Below are positions 30,162-39,776 of a stretch of DNA of 64,000 nucleotides, in pieces. Origin of the DNA: Abditibacteriaceae bacterium (GTDB lineage Bacteria; Armatimonadota; Abditibacteriia; Abditibacteriales; Abditibacteriaceae); contig OZ255721.1 in assembly GCA_965277285.1 (NCBI GenBank), forward strand, positions 1,792,001-1,856,000, written 5' to 3'. Numbering within the stretch: position 1 is the stretch's first letter; each line of letters begins with the position of its first letter. The notes under the pieces are model-generated. The model made no database searches. It saw only the letters and a list, made by a program, of their open reading frames with translations, and had not been told where the DNA came from. Made by a program: the position numbers and the translations under genes.

Positions 30162-30584
30162 ATGCAAAGTGCAATTAACGACAAATCGATGGACAAGACC
30201 GAGACGCTCAACAAATCTGATGTGACGGGCGTGCCTTCCAACGCCAATGACGCGAAAATGGATTCCGGCGTGCAAGGCGATGTTCAAGGTTCACAGAAAA
30301 GTGGCCCGGCTCCTGCGGCGGCAGAAACCGCCGGTCATGCGGGAAGCGATGTCACGGGCGGCGATTTGACGGCGCACCACGATGCGGGCGCGGCGATGCA
30401 GGCCAATCTCGATCAGCGCAATGCCACTGCAGAAGTGCAACAGCAGCAAGGTTTGGGCAACATCGCCAATCAGACCGAGAATTTGAAACCCGCCGCGGCG
30501 CATCCTGAAACCGGCTTGCCGACCAACGCCGACGGCAAGGAATCGTCCGGCGGCGCCAATGCCAACAGCGCCAATGCCAATTGA
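30162..30584 (+). CDS. Low-complexity hydrophilic (A/G/N/Q/D-rich) protein
   Basis: GGAG RBS before ATG 30162; no aromatic residues. Confidence 0.7.
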   Translation: MQSAINDKSMDKTETLNKSDVTGVPSNANDAKMDSGVQGDVQGSQKSGPAPAAAETAGHAGSDVTGGDLTAHHDAGAAMQANLDQRNATAEVQQQQGLGNIANQTENLKPAAAHPETGLPTNADGKESSGGANANSANAN

Positions 30585-30605
30585 CGAAGAAACTTAAAAA
30601 ACCTT

Positions 30606-31217
30606 ATGAACAACGATTTTTCACAATCTCACGAGAGCGATGCGACGACATCGAGTACTCGATCCGATGAGACGACTTTCAACGATTCGTCACCGAATGG
30701 CAGCGCGCAAATGCCCGATGGGACGGGCGATAACAGCGCGAACGGTACCGATCAGGCTTCTCAGGCTTCGTTCGGTGAGGAAGCGGCGCGCGTAGTTGCC
30801 GAAAACGAAGACCGCTTTTTGCGCGCCGTGGCAGAATTGGAAAACTTCAAGCGCCAGGCGGCGCGCCGCGAAACTGAAGCCCGCGAACGCGCCTCGCGCA
30901 ACGTCATCGAAGATTTGCTGCCCGTTTTAGACAACTTCGAGCGCGCCCTGGAAGCCGCTCGCACCGCCAAAGATGTCGAAGGCGTGCGCATGGGCATCGA
31001 ATTTATCGCGCAGCAGTTGCGTGATGCCTTGAAAGGTCACGGCGTCGAAAGCATCGAAGCGCTGGGCCAAAAGTTCGATCCGCTAAAACACGACGCGCTC
31101 GAAGAAGTCGCCGAAAGCGGTCATCCCGAAGGCACCGTTTTGAGCGAAGCGCAACGCGGTTATTTGTATAAAGGCCAGGTTTTGCGTCCCAGTCGCGTGC
31201 GCGTGGCGGGAAAATAA
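30606..31217 (+). CDS. grpE: Nucleotide exchange factor GrpE
   Basis: RAVAELENFKR, LLPVLDNFERAL, FDPLKHDA, GYLYKGQVLRPSRVRV. Confidence 0.96.
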   Translation: MNNDFSQSHESDATTSSTRSDETTFNDSSPNGSAQMPDGTGDNSANGTDQASQASFGEEAARVVAENEDRFLRAVAELENFKRQAARRETEARERASRNVIEDLLPVLDNFERALEAARTAKDVEGVRMGIEFIAQQLRDALKGHGVESIEALGQKFDPLKHDALEEVAESGHPEGTVLSEAQRGYLYKGQVLRPSRVRVAGK

Positions 31218-31219
31218 AC

Positions 31220-31308
31220 TAACGAACCCGAAGCGTAAGCGACGGGCTTAAGTGCGCAGTCTAATGTAACTTCTACTTAAGCCCGTCGCTTACGCTTCGG
31301 GTTCGTTA
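31220..31308. repeat. REP doublet hairpin, family A
   Basis: taacgaacccgaagcgtaagcgacgggcttaagt / acttaagcccgtcgcttacgcttcgggttcgtta. Confidence 0.85.
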
Positions 31309-31336
31309 AAGCACAATCGAGTACTCGAATTACGAA

Positions 31337-32488
31337 ATGCCAACATCCACAATGCGAGATTTATACGAAGTTTTAGGCGTCTCGAAAAGCGCCTCGCAAG
31401 ATGAAATCAAAAAAGCCTATCGTCGTCTGGCGCGCGAAAAGCATCCCGATGTGAATGCGCATCGCCGCGACGAAGCCGAAGCCGAGTTCAAGGAAATCGG
31501 GCAAGCCTACGCCATTTTGTCCGATGAAGACAAGCGCGCGCGCTACGATCAATACGGCGCCGAAGGCTTGAACGGCGGCGGTTTCGATACGAGCGGCGCG
31601 GGCGGCCTGGGCGACCTATTTGAAGTTTTCTTCAACGGCATGGCCGGACAAAGCGGCGGCAGAACGCGCGAGCAGATTCGTCGCGGCGCCGACTTGCGCC
31701 TGGACGTTCGCCTGACGATGGAAGAAGTTTATGCGGGCGTGACGAAACAACTGGAAGTGCCGACGCTGCTACGTTGCGGGACTTGCGGCGGCAATGGCGC
31801 CGAGCCTGGAACCAAAGTTGAAACCTGCAACGCTTGCAAAGGTCAGGGACGCTTGCGCGAAGTCAAGCAAACGTTTTTCGGACAGTTCGTGCAGGAAGTT
31901 CCCTGTGTGCGCTGCGGCGGTCGCGGACAAATTCCAACGACGCCGTGTTCCGCTTGTCACGGCGTGGGACGCACGCGCGGCAAACGCGAAGTTAGCGTGC
32001 AAATTCCGGCTGGCGTGGACGACGGCGACCGCGTGCGCGTGATGGGCGCGGGTGAAGATGGCGAAATGGGCGCCGGTGCAGGCGATTTGTATTGCTTCAT
32101 CAGCGTGACGCCGCACAAAAGTTTCGAGCGCTACGACGATCACGTCGCCTTCGCCATGCCTTTGTCGTTTCCTCAAGCCGCATTGGGCGATACGATCCAG
32201 GTTCCGACATTGGAGCGCGATGAAAACGGCGAAGTCAAAACCGCGGAAGTGACGGTTCCCGCAGGAACGCAGCCAGGCGAACAGTTTCGCATTCACGGCA
32301 AAGGTTTTCCTAATCGCGGCGGTTATCGTGGCGACCAGATTTGTGTCACGCAACTGGTTGTCCCTAAAAAGTTGGATGAACGCCAGAAAGAACTGTTGCG
32401 CGAGTACGCCGAAATCGGCGGCGAAGACCCCGAAGAACATCCGCGCGGTTTTTTCGACAAACTCAAGGACGCCTTCAAAGGCGATTGA
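31337..32488 (+). CDS. dnaJ: Chaperone DnaJ
   Basis: J-domain HPD motif, G/F-rich region, four CxxCxGxG repeats. Confidence 0.97.
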   Translation: MPTSTMRDLYEVLGVSKSASQDEIKKAYRRLAREKHPDVNAHRRDEAEAEFKEIGQAYAILSDEDKRARYDQYGAEGLNGGGFDTSGAGGLGDLFEVFFNGMAGQSGGRTREQIRRGADLRLDVRLTMEEVYAGVTKQLEVPTLLRCGTCGGNGAEPGTKVETCNACKGQGRLREVKQTFFGQFVQEVPCVRCGGRGQIPTTPCSACHGVGRTRGKREVSVQIPAGVDDGDRVRVMGAGEDGEMGAGAGDLYCFISVTPHKSFERYDDHVAFAMPLSFPQAALGDTIQVPTLERDENGEVKTAEVTVPAGTQPGEQFRIHGKGFPNRGGYRGDQICVTQLVVPKKLDERQKELLREYAEIGGEDPEEHPRGFFDKLKDAFKGD

Positions 32489-32513
32489 AACGTTCACGCT
32501 CCACAACGAACCA

Positions 32514-32612
32514 AACGAACCCGAAGCGTAAGCGACGGGCTTAAGTAATGGTTTCATGCAGCTATTACTTAAGCCCGTCGCTTACGTCCGCCCAAAGGCA
32601 CCCGGGTTCGTT
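32514..32612. repeat. REP doublet hairpin, family A (right arm interrupted)
   Basis: Left arm identical to the 31220 element. Confidence 0.8.
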
Positions 32613-32673
32613 ATCACAATAAAACAACGAGGACTCAAATTGAGTACTCGTTGTTGCTTTTATCGCAACGAAT

Positions 32674-32997
32674 CTATCGCGTTTTCAAAACCCACAACAG
32701 CGAAACGATGGCGACGGCGCCCCAGAACGCGCCGACGTACAGCGGTTTTTGCAAGATGCAGCGCGTCGTTTTCTGTCCCAGAAAGTGCGAGGCGAGGAAT
32801 AAAGCACTCGCAACGGCGGCGACAAACGGCAGCGCGAAATGTCCCAACGGCAGTGTGAGAAGCATCAAGGTCGCGGCTTTGCAAAAGTTGAACGCGGTTT
32901 TCTCCAGTTCCGCGCCTTTGTCGCTGGGCGCATTCTGTGGCGCCTGATTCGAGGACTCGATTGGGTTTGGCGACGAAATAGGTTGTTCCATGATCAT
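32674..32997 (-). CDS. Small membrane protein
   Basis: ATGA overlap with the upstream gene; 2-3 hydrophobic segments. Confidence 0.7.
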   Translation of the reverse strand: MIMEQPISSPNPIESSNQAPQNAPSDKGAELEKTAFNFCKAATLMLLTLPLGHFALPFVAAVASALFLASHFLGQKTTRCILQKPLYVGAFWGAVAIVSLLWVLKTR

Positions 32998-33302
32998 TTC
33001 CAGCGAAACAGAATTAAGCAGCAATTGAAGAATGCAGCGGCCACAATGAAAAACAAAAGACCAATCAATATTGATGGTGCGATGCCGCCACGCCATTCAG
33101 ATTCCATAAGCAGACAGGCGCCAACGCTACCAAATCCTAAAGCCACAACTGCGAGACAAACCGCACCGATCAAGCGCGCGAATTCGCCGAAAGTCAAGGT
33201 TTTAGTTTTGCCACGATGTTCCAATCGCGCGCCACAAAACGAACAAAACTCCTCGTTTTCCTGAACGCTCATCGCGCACTGTGGACATTGGTTTTGTGTC
33301 AT
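32994..33302 (-). CDS. Zinc-ribbon membrane protein
   Basis: CPQC...CSFCG followed by two TM helices containing GFGSVGAC. Confidence 0.75.
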   Translation of the reverse strand: MTQNQCPQCAMSVQENEEFCSFCGARLEHRGKTKTLTFGEFARLIGAVCLAVVALGFGSVGACLLMESEWRGGIAPSILIGLLFFIVAAAFFNCCLILFRWK

Positions 33303-33315
33303 ATCGAGTACTCGG

Positions 33316-33678
33316 TTAGCGTTTTCTCTTCGTTTTTACGGCTCCCCAGAGGAACAGACCGGCAACCACAAACCATGTCAAAGCCATCACAGCGAACCAG
33401 GGCCATTGCGATGGAGAAAGAATGTCTGTCGATTTCGATGTGCCAACCGAGTAAGAGAAAAAACCAGCGCACGTTCCCAATAAGCCAAAGCCAACTGCGA
33501 CAAAGCACAGTACGACAGTGCCACACCCTTTGGCGCCACTTGCATCACTGGTCGCTTCCATACGCAAACGCGCGCCACAGTGCGGGCACAAATCGGCCTG
33601 CTGCGAAACTGGCGCACCACAGCGAAAACACGCGTCGCCGCCTGGTAACGGAATTGGTGGCGGCAATCGAGTACTCAT
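33316..33678 (-). CDS. Zinc-ribbon membrane protein
   Basis: ATG 33678 in ATGA overlap; LPPPIP, CFRCG...CPHCG, GFGLLGTC. Confidence 0.75.
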   Translation of the reverse strand: MSTRLPPPIPLPGGDACFRCGAPVSQQADLCPHCGARLRMEATSDASGAKGCGTVVLCFVAVGFGLLGTCAGFFSYSVGTSKSTDILSPSQWPWFAVMALTWFVVAGLFLWGAVKTKRKR

Positions 33679-34028
33679 TTCTTGCGGCGATTCAGCGCCC
33701 AAACCGCCCAGCCGCAACCCAGCGCTGCCAGAAAGCAGAACGCGATGAAAGCGAAAATACCTTTGTAAGTACTCGGAGCATTCAGTCCGCCGGGTTCCGA
33801 CGAAGCAACCAGTAAAAGGCAGGCGCCAGTTCCGCCAAACCCCAGCGCCAGCATGACCAGGACAAACGTCGCCAGCGAAGCCCAGCAGGAAGTCGCCGTC
33901 GAAAACTGCGCCAACACCGCGCCGCAATTGGGACACAATTTCGGACGACCTTGCAGCGATGCGCCACAAACCGGACAAACATCGCTTAAAGGCGGCGGGA
34001 TCGGCGGTGGAAGAGAAAATTCGCTCAT
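33675..34028 (-). CDS. Zinc-ribbon membrane protein
   Basis: LPPPIP, CPVCG...CPNCG, GFGGTGAC. Confidence 0.75.
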   Translation of the reverse strand: MSEFSLPPPIPPPLSDVCPVCGASLQGRPKLCPNCGAVLAQFSTATSCWASLATFVLVMLALGFGGTGACLLLVASSEPGGLNAPSTYKGIFAFIAFCFLAALGCGWAVWALNRRKK

Positions 34029-34039
34029 AGAGAAATTGT

Positions 34040-34321
34040 TTACGAACGCTTCCAGAAACGCACTACGATAAAGGTCAAAATCCCAAAAATGACGAACGGC
34101 AGCACGCCTTGAAACAACGCCGCAAAAAACGCGATTTTGCGTGACGCGATGACGACCAACAAACCTATCATAACTACAAAAAACATCGAAATGTACAACA
34201 AAATCTCTACTGCAACGCGCTTGCGAGACGCCGCTGTCGGCAACTCAACGCCGCAACGCGGACATCGCGTCGCGTTTGCAGGAATCTCCGCGCCGCATTC
34301 ACGGCAAACTTCACGACTCAT
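34040..34321 (-). CDS. Zinc-ribbon membrane protein
   Basis: CRECG...CPRCG followed by two TM helices. Confidence 0.75.
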   Translation of the reverse strand: MSREVCRECGAEIPANATRCPRCGVELPTAASRKRVAVEILLYISMFFVVMIGLLVVIASRKIAFFAALFQGVLPFVIFGILTFIVVRFWKRS

Positions 34322-34362
34322 AGTTCAACGTCCTTTTTATTCAACTTCAATTTAACTTCAGC

Positions 34363-34429
34363 CAACCGCGCGCGGAAGCCAGCGGGCTTTAGCGGAAATA
34401 ACATAAGCCCGCTGGCTTCCACGCGGTTG
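34363..34429. repeat. Intergenic inverted repeat (REP-like)
   Basis: caaccgcg..ggaagccagcgggctt / aagcccgctggcttccacgcggttg. Confidence 0.7.
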
Positions 34430-34431
34430 AG

Positions 34432-35163
34432 TTAAGATTCCAGCACAATTGCAGTCGCCACGTTGGACGTTTGGCAACGCTTCCATAACCATCGAGTACT
34501 CAAAATCGCCAACAATAAACAGACAATTTGCGCCAGCGACAACGCGCCAAACAAAAGGTCGCGCTCGCGCCAGAATTCGATAACGAAGCGTGATAGACCG
34601 AACAACGCCAGATACAAAATCCACGCATCGCCTTCGTGCTTCAAGCGATGACGCGACCACCAAATGGCGCCGAAAATCACCAGGGACGCCAAGCCCAAAA
34701 TCGCCTGCGTCGGAACGCGCCACGCGCCATGTTGCCACAAAGAGAAAGGACTTTTTTCGCAAATCACGCCATAACAGCAACCGTTGAAAAAGCAGCCGAT
34801 GCGCCCGACGGCTTCGCCCAAAGGTAGCGCGAGCGCGAAACTATCGCCGGTCGAACGCTTGATGCCCAGCTTTCGCTTCGCCATTTCGACGAACAACCAG
34901 CCGAAAAGAATGCCGCCGATCACAGTTCGTCCGCCCTGCTGTGGATCGAAAAACTCCAGTGGGTGATTTGCGAAATAAAGCGGATGCGCCAGAATCCATT
35001 CCGTCAGTTTGGCGCCCAGAACACCGCCGCACAACGCCCAAACTGCCACCAAACCCAAACCTTCGGTCGCCATTTTGCGGCGCCGCAAATCCCACCACAA
35101 AATTAGCGCGCCGACAACATAGGCGAGCGTCGTGAAAAATTGTCCTAAAACCGGATTGGTCAT
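34432..35163 (-). CDS. Prolipoprotein diacylglyceryl transferase (Lgt)-family protein
   Basis: GGVLGAKL, GGRTVIGG, LGEAVGRIGCFFNGCCYG, RFVIEFWR; multi-pass membrane protein. Confidence 0.85.
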   Translation of the reverse strand: MTNPVLGQFFTTLAYVVGALILWWDLRRRKMATEGLGLVAVWALCGGVLGAKLTEWILAHPLYFANHPLEFFDPQQGGRTVIGGILFGWLFVEMAKRKLGIKRSTGDSFALALPLGEAVGRIGCFFNGCCYGVICEKSPFSLWQHGAWRVPTQAILGLASLVIFGAIWWSRHRLKHEGDAWILYLALFGLSRFVIEFWRERDLLFGALSLAQIVCLLLAILSTRWLWKRCQTSNVATAIVLES

Positions 35164-35205
35164 TATCGAGTACTCGATTGCTGCAGCGTCTCGCTTACGG
35201 AACAA

Positions 35206-35245
35206 TCTCATAGAACCCGAAGCGTCAGCGACGGGTTCTATGAGA
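35206..35245. repeat. Single family-A REP in a hairpin
   Basis: tctcatagaacccg-aagcgtcagcga-cgggttctatgaga. Confidence 0.7.
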
Positions 35246-35274
35246 AGCTGGCTTTTTTATAAGAAGTTGACGTT

Positions 35275-36855
35275 TTAGCGCAGCGAACTCAAAGGCACAA
35301 ATGAACTTTGCACTTTGTCTTGCGGAAAGTCGCTGGCATCGCCGAACAGCCAGCGCCAACAAAACGAGAAGCGGCGCGGATCGTCTTCAAACGTTCCCGT
35401 ATGAACGCAGCATTGGCGAATGCGCGCTTCGTGCAAAGTGTGCGCGTCCATAAACATTTTCACCGTAACGCGAAACGTTCGCTGCGCCAATTCTTCGAGA
35501 ACGCGTTCTTCATTCCGCCTGGCCGCGACTTTCCACAAGCCGCCCAAAAGTTGCGGCAAGCCGGGCACGCAATCGCACATCTGACTTAAATCGCGCGCCA
35601 GATTCGTTGCGCCAACTGGCAACTGCTCCGACCAGATGCGTCCCAGTGCGCCACTTTTCAAGAGTTCAACCATCGGTTCGCTCAAAGCATCGAACGAAAT
35701 CGTGTTGGAAACCAGATGCAGCCATTTCTTCAATTCATCGCGCCCCACCAGTTCCGGCAACGATTTCCAACCGTCGTTTGGCGTGCGCAGAAAATACGAA
35801 ATGTCGCAGCAATCGCGGTGAGAACAGGGAAGTGGAATAAAGTCCGTTGTCTTAAAAAGTCCGCCGCCCTGCTCTGCCAAACGCTTGATAACGCCGGTTG
35901 GCGTAGCGCGGTCGCGCGGATCGAAGTCGGGCGCGCGTCCCGAACCGAACATCGGTTGCAGCGCCAAACCGGAAACGCGCGGACTTTCCAAAGCCATTTG
36001 CGCGACTTCCCCGATCTCGTTTTCATTCACGCCGCGACGCACCGTCATCGTCAAGGTCGTCCAAAGTTGTGCGTCGTTCAATCGTCCCAACGTCGCCATT
36101 TTTTCCGATAAAACATCTTCGTTGCGCAACATTTGGTAAGTTCGAGTACTCGATCCATCGAACTGCAAATATACTTCAATTTTGTTGCGATGCTTCTGCA
36201 AAAAACTCAAAAACTTATCGTCGCGCGCCAGTCGTCGCCCGTTTGTGTTGAGCACGATACGTGTGATTGGCAGCGGCAAAAGTTGTTCGATGAGGGTTTG
36301 CAAATCGTCGCGGATCGTCGGTTCGCCGCCGGACAGCATCAACACGCTGAGTTTGCCGCCTTCGCGCGCGATAATCGTTTGCACCGTGAACAAAACATCT
36401 TGGATCGTTGGTTTCTCATCGCGCGCAACCGGCGTCCCGGGCGGAAGCGCCGCCGCGTAACACGTCGTGCAGCCGTAATTGCAACGGTCGGTGATGTTTA
36501 AGACGAGAATGCACGTATGTTGTCCGTGCGAAGCGGGAAGTCCGCGCGCGTAGCCATGTGGAAAACCGGCGAAGTTGTCGCTGCGGTCAGGCGTAATGGT
36601 TGAAGTCGGCGTGCTCCAGCCGCGCCGAGATTGCCATAGTTCGGCATCTTCTTCATACAACGATTCCGTTTCACCATGACGCGCGCACCAGCGCCGCAGC
36701 CAAACGCTGCCGTCGTGCGAAACCAGCATTCCATCTTTCCAAACGTCGGCATCGTCGCTGCGAACCGCGCCTTCGTTGACACATTCGGGACAAACCGTGC
36801 GCGTATATTCTTCAATGACATAAGGTCGCGTGGAAGAAGTCATGTTCAATCGCAT
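35275..36855 (-). CDS. Radical SAM protein, COG1964 / Tes (tetraether synthase)-like family
   Basis: N-terminal TVCPEC...WCARHG; CNYGCTTC SAM-cluster motif; SGGEPT; NTNG; YLQFDG; C-terminal RIRQCCVH...FSFC. Confidence 0.8.
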   Translation of the reverse strand: MRLNMTSSTRPYVIEEYTRTVCPECVNEGAVRSDDADVWKDGMLVSHDGSVWLRRWCARHGETESLYEEDAELWQSRRGWSTPTSTITPDRSDNFAGFPHGYARGLPASHGQHTCILVLNITDRCNYGCTTCYAAALPPGTPVARDEKPTIQDVLFTVQTIIAREGGKLSVLMLSGGEPTIRDDLQTLIEQLLPLPITRIVLNTNGRRLARDDKFLSFLQKHRNKIEVYLQFDGSSTRTYQMLRNEDVLSEKMATLGRLNDAQLWTTLTMTVRRGVNENEIGEVAQMALESPRVSGLALQPMFGSGRAPDFDPRDRATPTGVIKRLAEQGGGLFKTTDFIPLPCSHRDCCDISYFLRTPNDGWKSLPELVGRDELKKWLHLVSNTISFDALSEPMVELLKSGALGRIWSEQLPVGATNLARDLSQMCDCVPGLPQLLGGLWKVAARRNEERVLEELAQRTFRVTVKMFMDAHTLHEARIRQCCVHTGTFEDDPRRFSFCWRWLFGDASDFPQDKVQSSFVPLSSLR

Positions 36856-37007
36856 TGCTGTTTTTCTATTTCGGCTAACGTTTCGAGTACTCGATAAGCG
36901 CCGGAAACGCGACACAAAGCAGCACGACAAGAGCGAATCGAACAACGCGAGTTTCCGAGGAAAGCTGTTTCATGGCATTACGTTTCTTATATTCAACTGT
37001 CAACAAT

Positions 37008-37601
37008 TTAGAGCGAATGCTCACGTTTATATTTGCGCCAATCGAAACTGAACCAAATGATGGCAATAATAACCGATAGAATGTTTCCGATGTGCAACCC
37101 CACAATTGAGCCACCAACCCAAACCCATCGCAAAAGGTCGAATTGTGTTAATCCCGGAGTTGAAGGTAATTCAACAAACCGTCGAAACAATGAGGGCGCC
37201 ACGATTAACAACATTGCCGCATTCAACCCCATTGCAAAATAAATGGCAAACAACAACAAAACACAACGCTTAAAACCTCGTAACGCCAAATGAAAAGGGC
37301 AACGTCCTCGAGAATGGACAACTATGCCAAACACGTAAGACACCGACATGATGCAAAATCCTCCGCCTGCAACCATGCCCTCTTGCAAAATATTTATCAA
37401 CCCTTCTGATTGCGTTCGATTGATCCAATAACCATGATATTGAAAATAGAGAGGAGAAATCACGACATCGAATGCGTTCATCAAGGCGCCGCCGACAATT
37501 CCCGACAAGACGCCGAGGGGAATTAGTGCGAAGAGCGGCCACAAACGAGCGCGCCGCAATCGTGCGAAAGTCGGCATCAATTGCGGCGCGGAATTGGTCA
37601 T
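37008..37601 (-). CDS. Hypothetical membrane protein
   Basis: About four hydrophobic segments. Confidence 0.65.
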   Translation of the reverse strand: MTNSAPQLMPTFARLRRARLWPLFALIPLGVLSGIVGGALMNAFDVVISPLYFQYHGYWINRTQSEGLINILQEGMVAGGGFCIMSVSYVFGIVVHSRGRCPFHLALRGFKRCVLLLFAIYFAMGLNAAMLLIVAPSLFRRFVELPSTPGLTQFDLLRWVWVGGSIVGLHIGNILSVIIAIIWFSFDWRKYKREHSL

Positions 37602-37645
37602 ATCGAGTACTCGATTGCGGTGGCAGACAGATTGGAACAGTCTGC

Positions 37646-37727
37646 AAGAACCCTGAGCGTCAGCGACGGATGAAGTGACAATGCAATGGAGCTTTCATTT
37701 CATCCGTCGCCGAGGCTCGGGGTTCTT
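37646..37727. repeat. REP doublet hairpin, family A
   Basis: aagaaccctgagcgtcagcgacggatgaa / ttcatccgtcgccgaggctcggggttctt. Confidence 0.8.
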
Positions 37728-37743
37728 TATCGAAGTTCTTCGC

Positions 37744-39627
37744 TTAAAAGCCTTCGCGCACTTCGACGCGGACTTCGCGGCGCGAGGTCTGGTAAACCAG
37801 GCCGTAGGCAAACTCTTTATACGCGCGCAGAACGCCATAGGTTTGGTCGCGCAATTTCTTTTGATCCAGGTCGTAGCGCAAATCAACGGGAAACAGGTAG
37901 CGTGGCGTCGGCGAAATATCGAACGTCGTGCGCAGTTCGTGACGAATTTCGACCTGATCGAAGCGAAATGGCGTGTTGCCCGACAGCGAAGTGCCGCGAT
38001 AGGAGATCGCGCCGCGCACATACGGCAGCAATTTTCCCGCGTAGCCGACTTCAAAACCAGCGTTGCGGTAACTGTCGCTGCGATTGCCGTAGCGCGACAC
38101 GCGCGCGAACAAATCGAGATAAGGGCCAGGAACATCCGCGCCGCGCGTCGTGAAGTTCAGCAAACCACTGATGCGGCTGGTATCGACGTGGCTATTATTG
38201 ATGCCAATCAAACGTTCGTCGTAATGTCCCGTGCTCGCCGAAAACGACAAACCCGCCAATCGTCCGCCGGGCAGTTTGAACAACGGCCTCAAACCAGTGG
38301 AATAAATAATTTCCGGCGTGCGATTCAGCGTGATGCGGTCGGTCAACTGCGTCGAAATAATGTCGTTGTGCCGCAAGCCGATGCTGAATGTACCGAAACG
38401 CGTTGGCGCCGCCGCAGCCACGCCACCACGAAATCCCAAGCGCTGCGACAAACCAATATCCGCCGTCACGCCCGCGCCATTGGGATTAGGCGTAAATCCG
38501 TAGCCCAGTTGCGTTGTCACCAAAAGCCCATCCACCGAATTCACGTTGATGCGCGGCGTGAGGCTGAACGATTGCGGATTGCGCGGCCCGGCGCCGAAAG
38601 TATTGATCACATACGACGGGACGGGCAGCAATCGCGTTTTGCCCAGATAAAGAAAGCCGCGCTGCACGCCGATGCGCGCGCGTCTCCGCCTCAAACTCCC
38701 GCTTTGTGGCGAAACCGAACTCGGGCCGTTCGCCACATCGCTCGGAACGTTCGGCGCATCGTCCGCCGCGCTGCCTGTCGCATCAACCGTGATGGTTTGG
38801 GCGCGCAGGCTAAACGGTGGCGTGCCATAAGTGTCGCGTTCCTGCTTGCTCAAGCCGCCGGGAAAAAGCGTCACGTCGTGCGCGATATATAACCTTCCGT
38901 TGATAGTCAACTGATCGGTCGTCACGGAAAAATCTGTTAAATCCAATTCCGCTTTGTCCAGCGTGCCGCGTTTCTTGTTGAAATCGTATTGGAAGTTCTG
39001 ACCGCGCAACGTTTCGGTCACCGTCTCTTTCTGCCCGGGATAAATGCCGCGATCCACCAGAGATTGCGCCACCAAAGGCCGATCCCGCCGGGTGCGCTGC
39101 CTTTCGACGACAACTGCTCCTTTCGCATGCAACGTGCGATGAACCGTGTCCAATTCGATGCGCTCGGCCTGCACGCGCGTGTCACTGGTTTGAAAAACCA
39201 CGCCCTTGTCGCCCTTGCTTTCTGCGATGATTACGCCGTTTTCATAACGCACCGCATCCGCCGTCAAACGCCCGGCGCCTTTCGAGTACTCGATTGACTT
39301 TCCGTTCGCTGTCGAAGTTGTCGCTGTCGAAGTTGTCGCTGTCGCTGTCGAAGTTGTCGCGGCTGGCATTGGTGTGGCAGCAGTCATCGCTGGCGAAGCC
39401 GAAGTTCCACTGGTGGCCGTTGAAGAAGACGGCGCGGACGTTGTTGTATCCGCTGCCACATTCGGCGTCGCATTTGGCGTGGCGTCCGGCGTGGCGACTG
39501 AAGTTGTTGAATCGCTGCTGGTTTGAGTATTCGGTTGCGCCGCCGATTGCGCGTGTGCGACGGGCGCGAGAACGCACCAAGTCAGGGCGAAAATCAAAGT
39601 CGAGCGTGAGGAAAGGCGTAGAATCAT
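37744..39627 (-). CDS. LptD/OstA-like outer-membrane protein with T/S/A-rich linker
   Basis: Signal peptide, OstA-like beta segment (LTADAVRY, VQAERIELD), SGNTPFRFD, beta-rich C-terminus ending in F. Confidence 0.6.
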   Translation of the reverse strand: MILRLSSRSTLIFALTWCVLAPVAHAQSAAQPNTQTSSDSTTSVATPDATPNATPNVAADTTTSAPSSSTATSGTSASPAMTAATPMPAATTSTATATTSTATTSTANGKSIEYSKGAGRLTADAVRYENGVIIAESKGDKGVVFQTSDTRVQAERIELDTVHRTLHAKGAVVVERQRTRRDRPLVAQSLVDRGIYPGQKETVTETLRGQNFQYDFNKKRGTLDKAELDLTDFSVTTDQLTINGRLYIAHDVTLFPGGLSKQERDTYGTPPFSLRAQTITVDATGSAADDAPNVPSDVANGPSSVSPQSGSLRRRRARIGVQRGFLYLGKTRLLPVPSYVINTFGAGPRNPQSFSLTPRINVNSVDGLLVTTQLGYGFTPNPNGAGVTADIGLSQRLGFRGGVAAAAPTRFGTFSIGLRHNDIISTQLTDRITLNRTPEIIYSTGLRPLFKLPGGRLAGLSFSASTGHYDERLIGINNSHVDTSRISGLLNFTTRGADVPGPYLDLFARVSRYGNRSDSYRNAGFEVGYAGKLLPYVRGAISYRGTSLSGNTPFRFDQVEIRHELRTTFDISPTPRYLFPVDLRYDLDQKKLRDQTYGVLRAYKEFAYGLVYQTSRREVRVEVREGF

Positions 39628-39776
39628 GGGCGAAAAAGCACGAAAATTGGTGGCTCAAATTTTACGAAAAAACCGATGTCGGAAACTCCGGCATCGGTTA
39701 GAAATCGAAACTCAAAAAAGGTTCTGCGCAGGTTTATCCGCTTCGACGACAGCTTTAGGTTAACGCTTAATGCGCA

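Noticed and set aside
39305..39362. 15-nt GTCGAAGTTGTCGCT repeats as a regulatory array
   Set aside because: They encode the ATTST low-complexity linker of the LptD-like protein.
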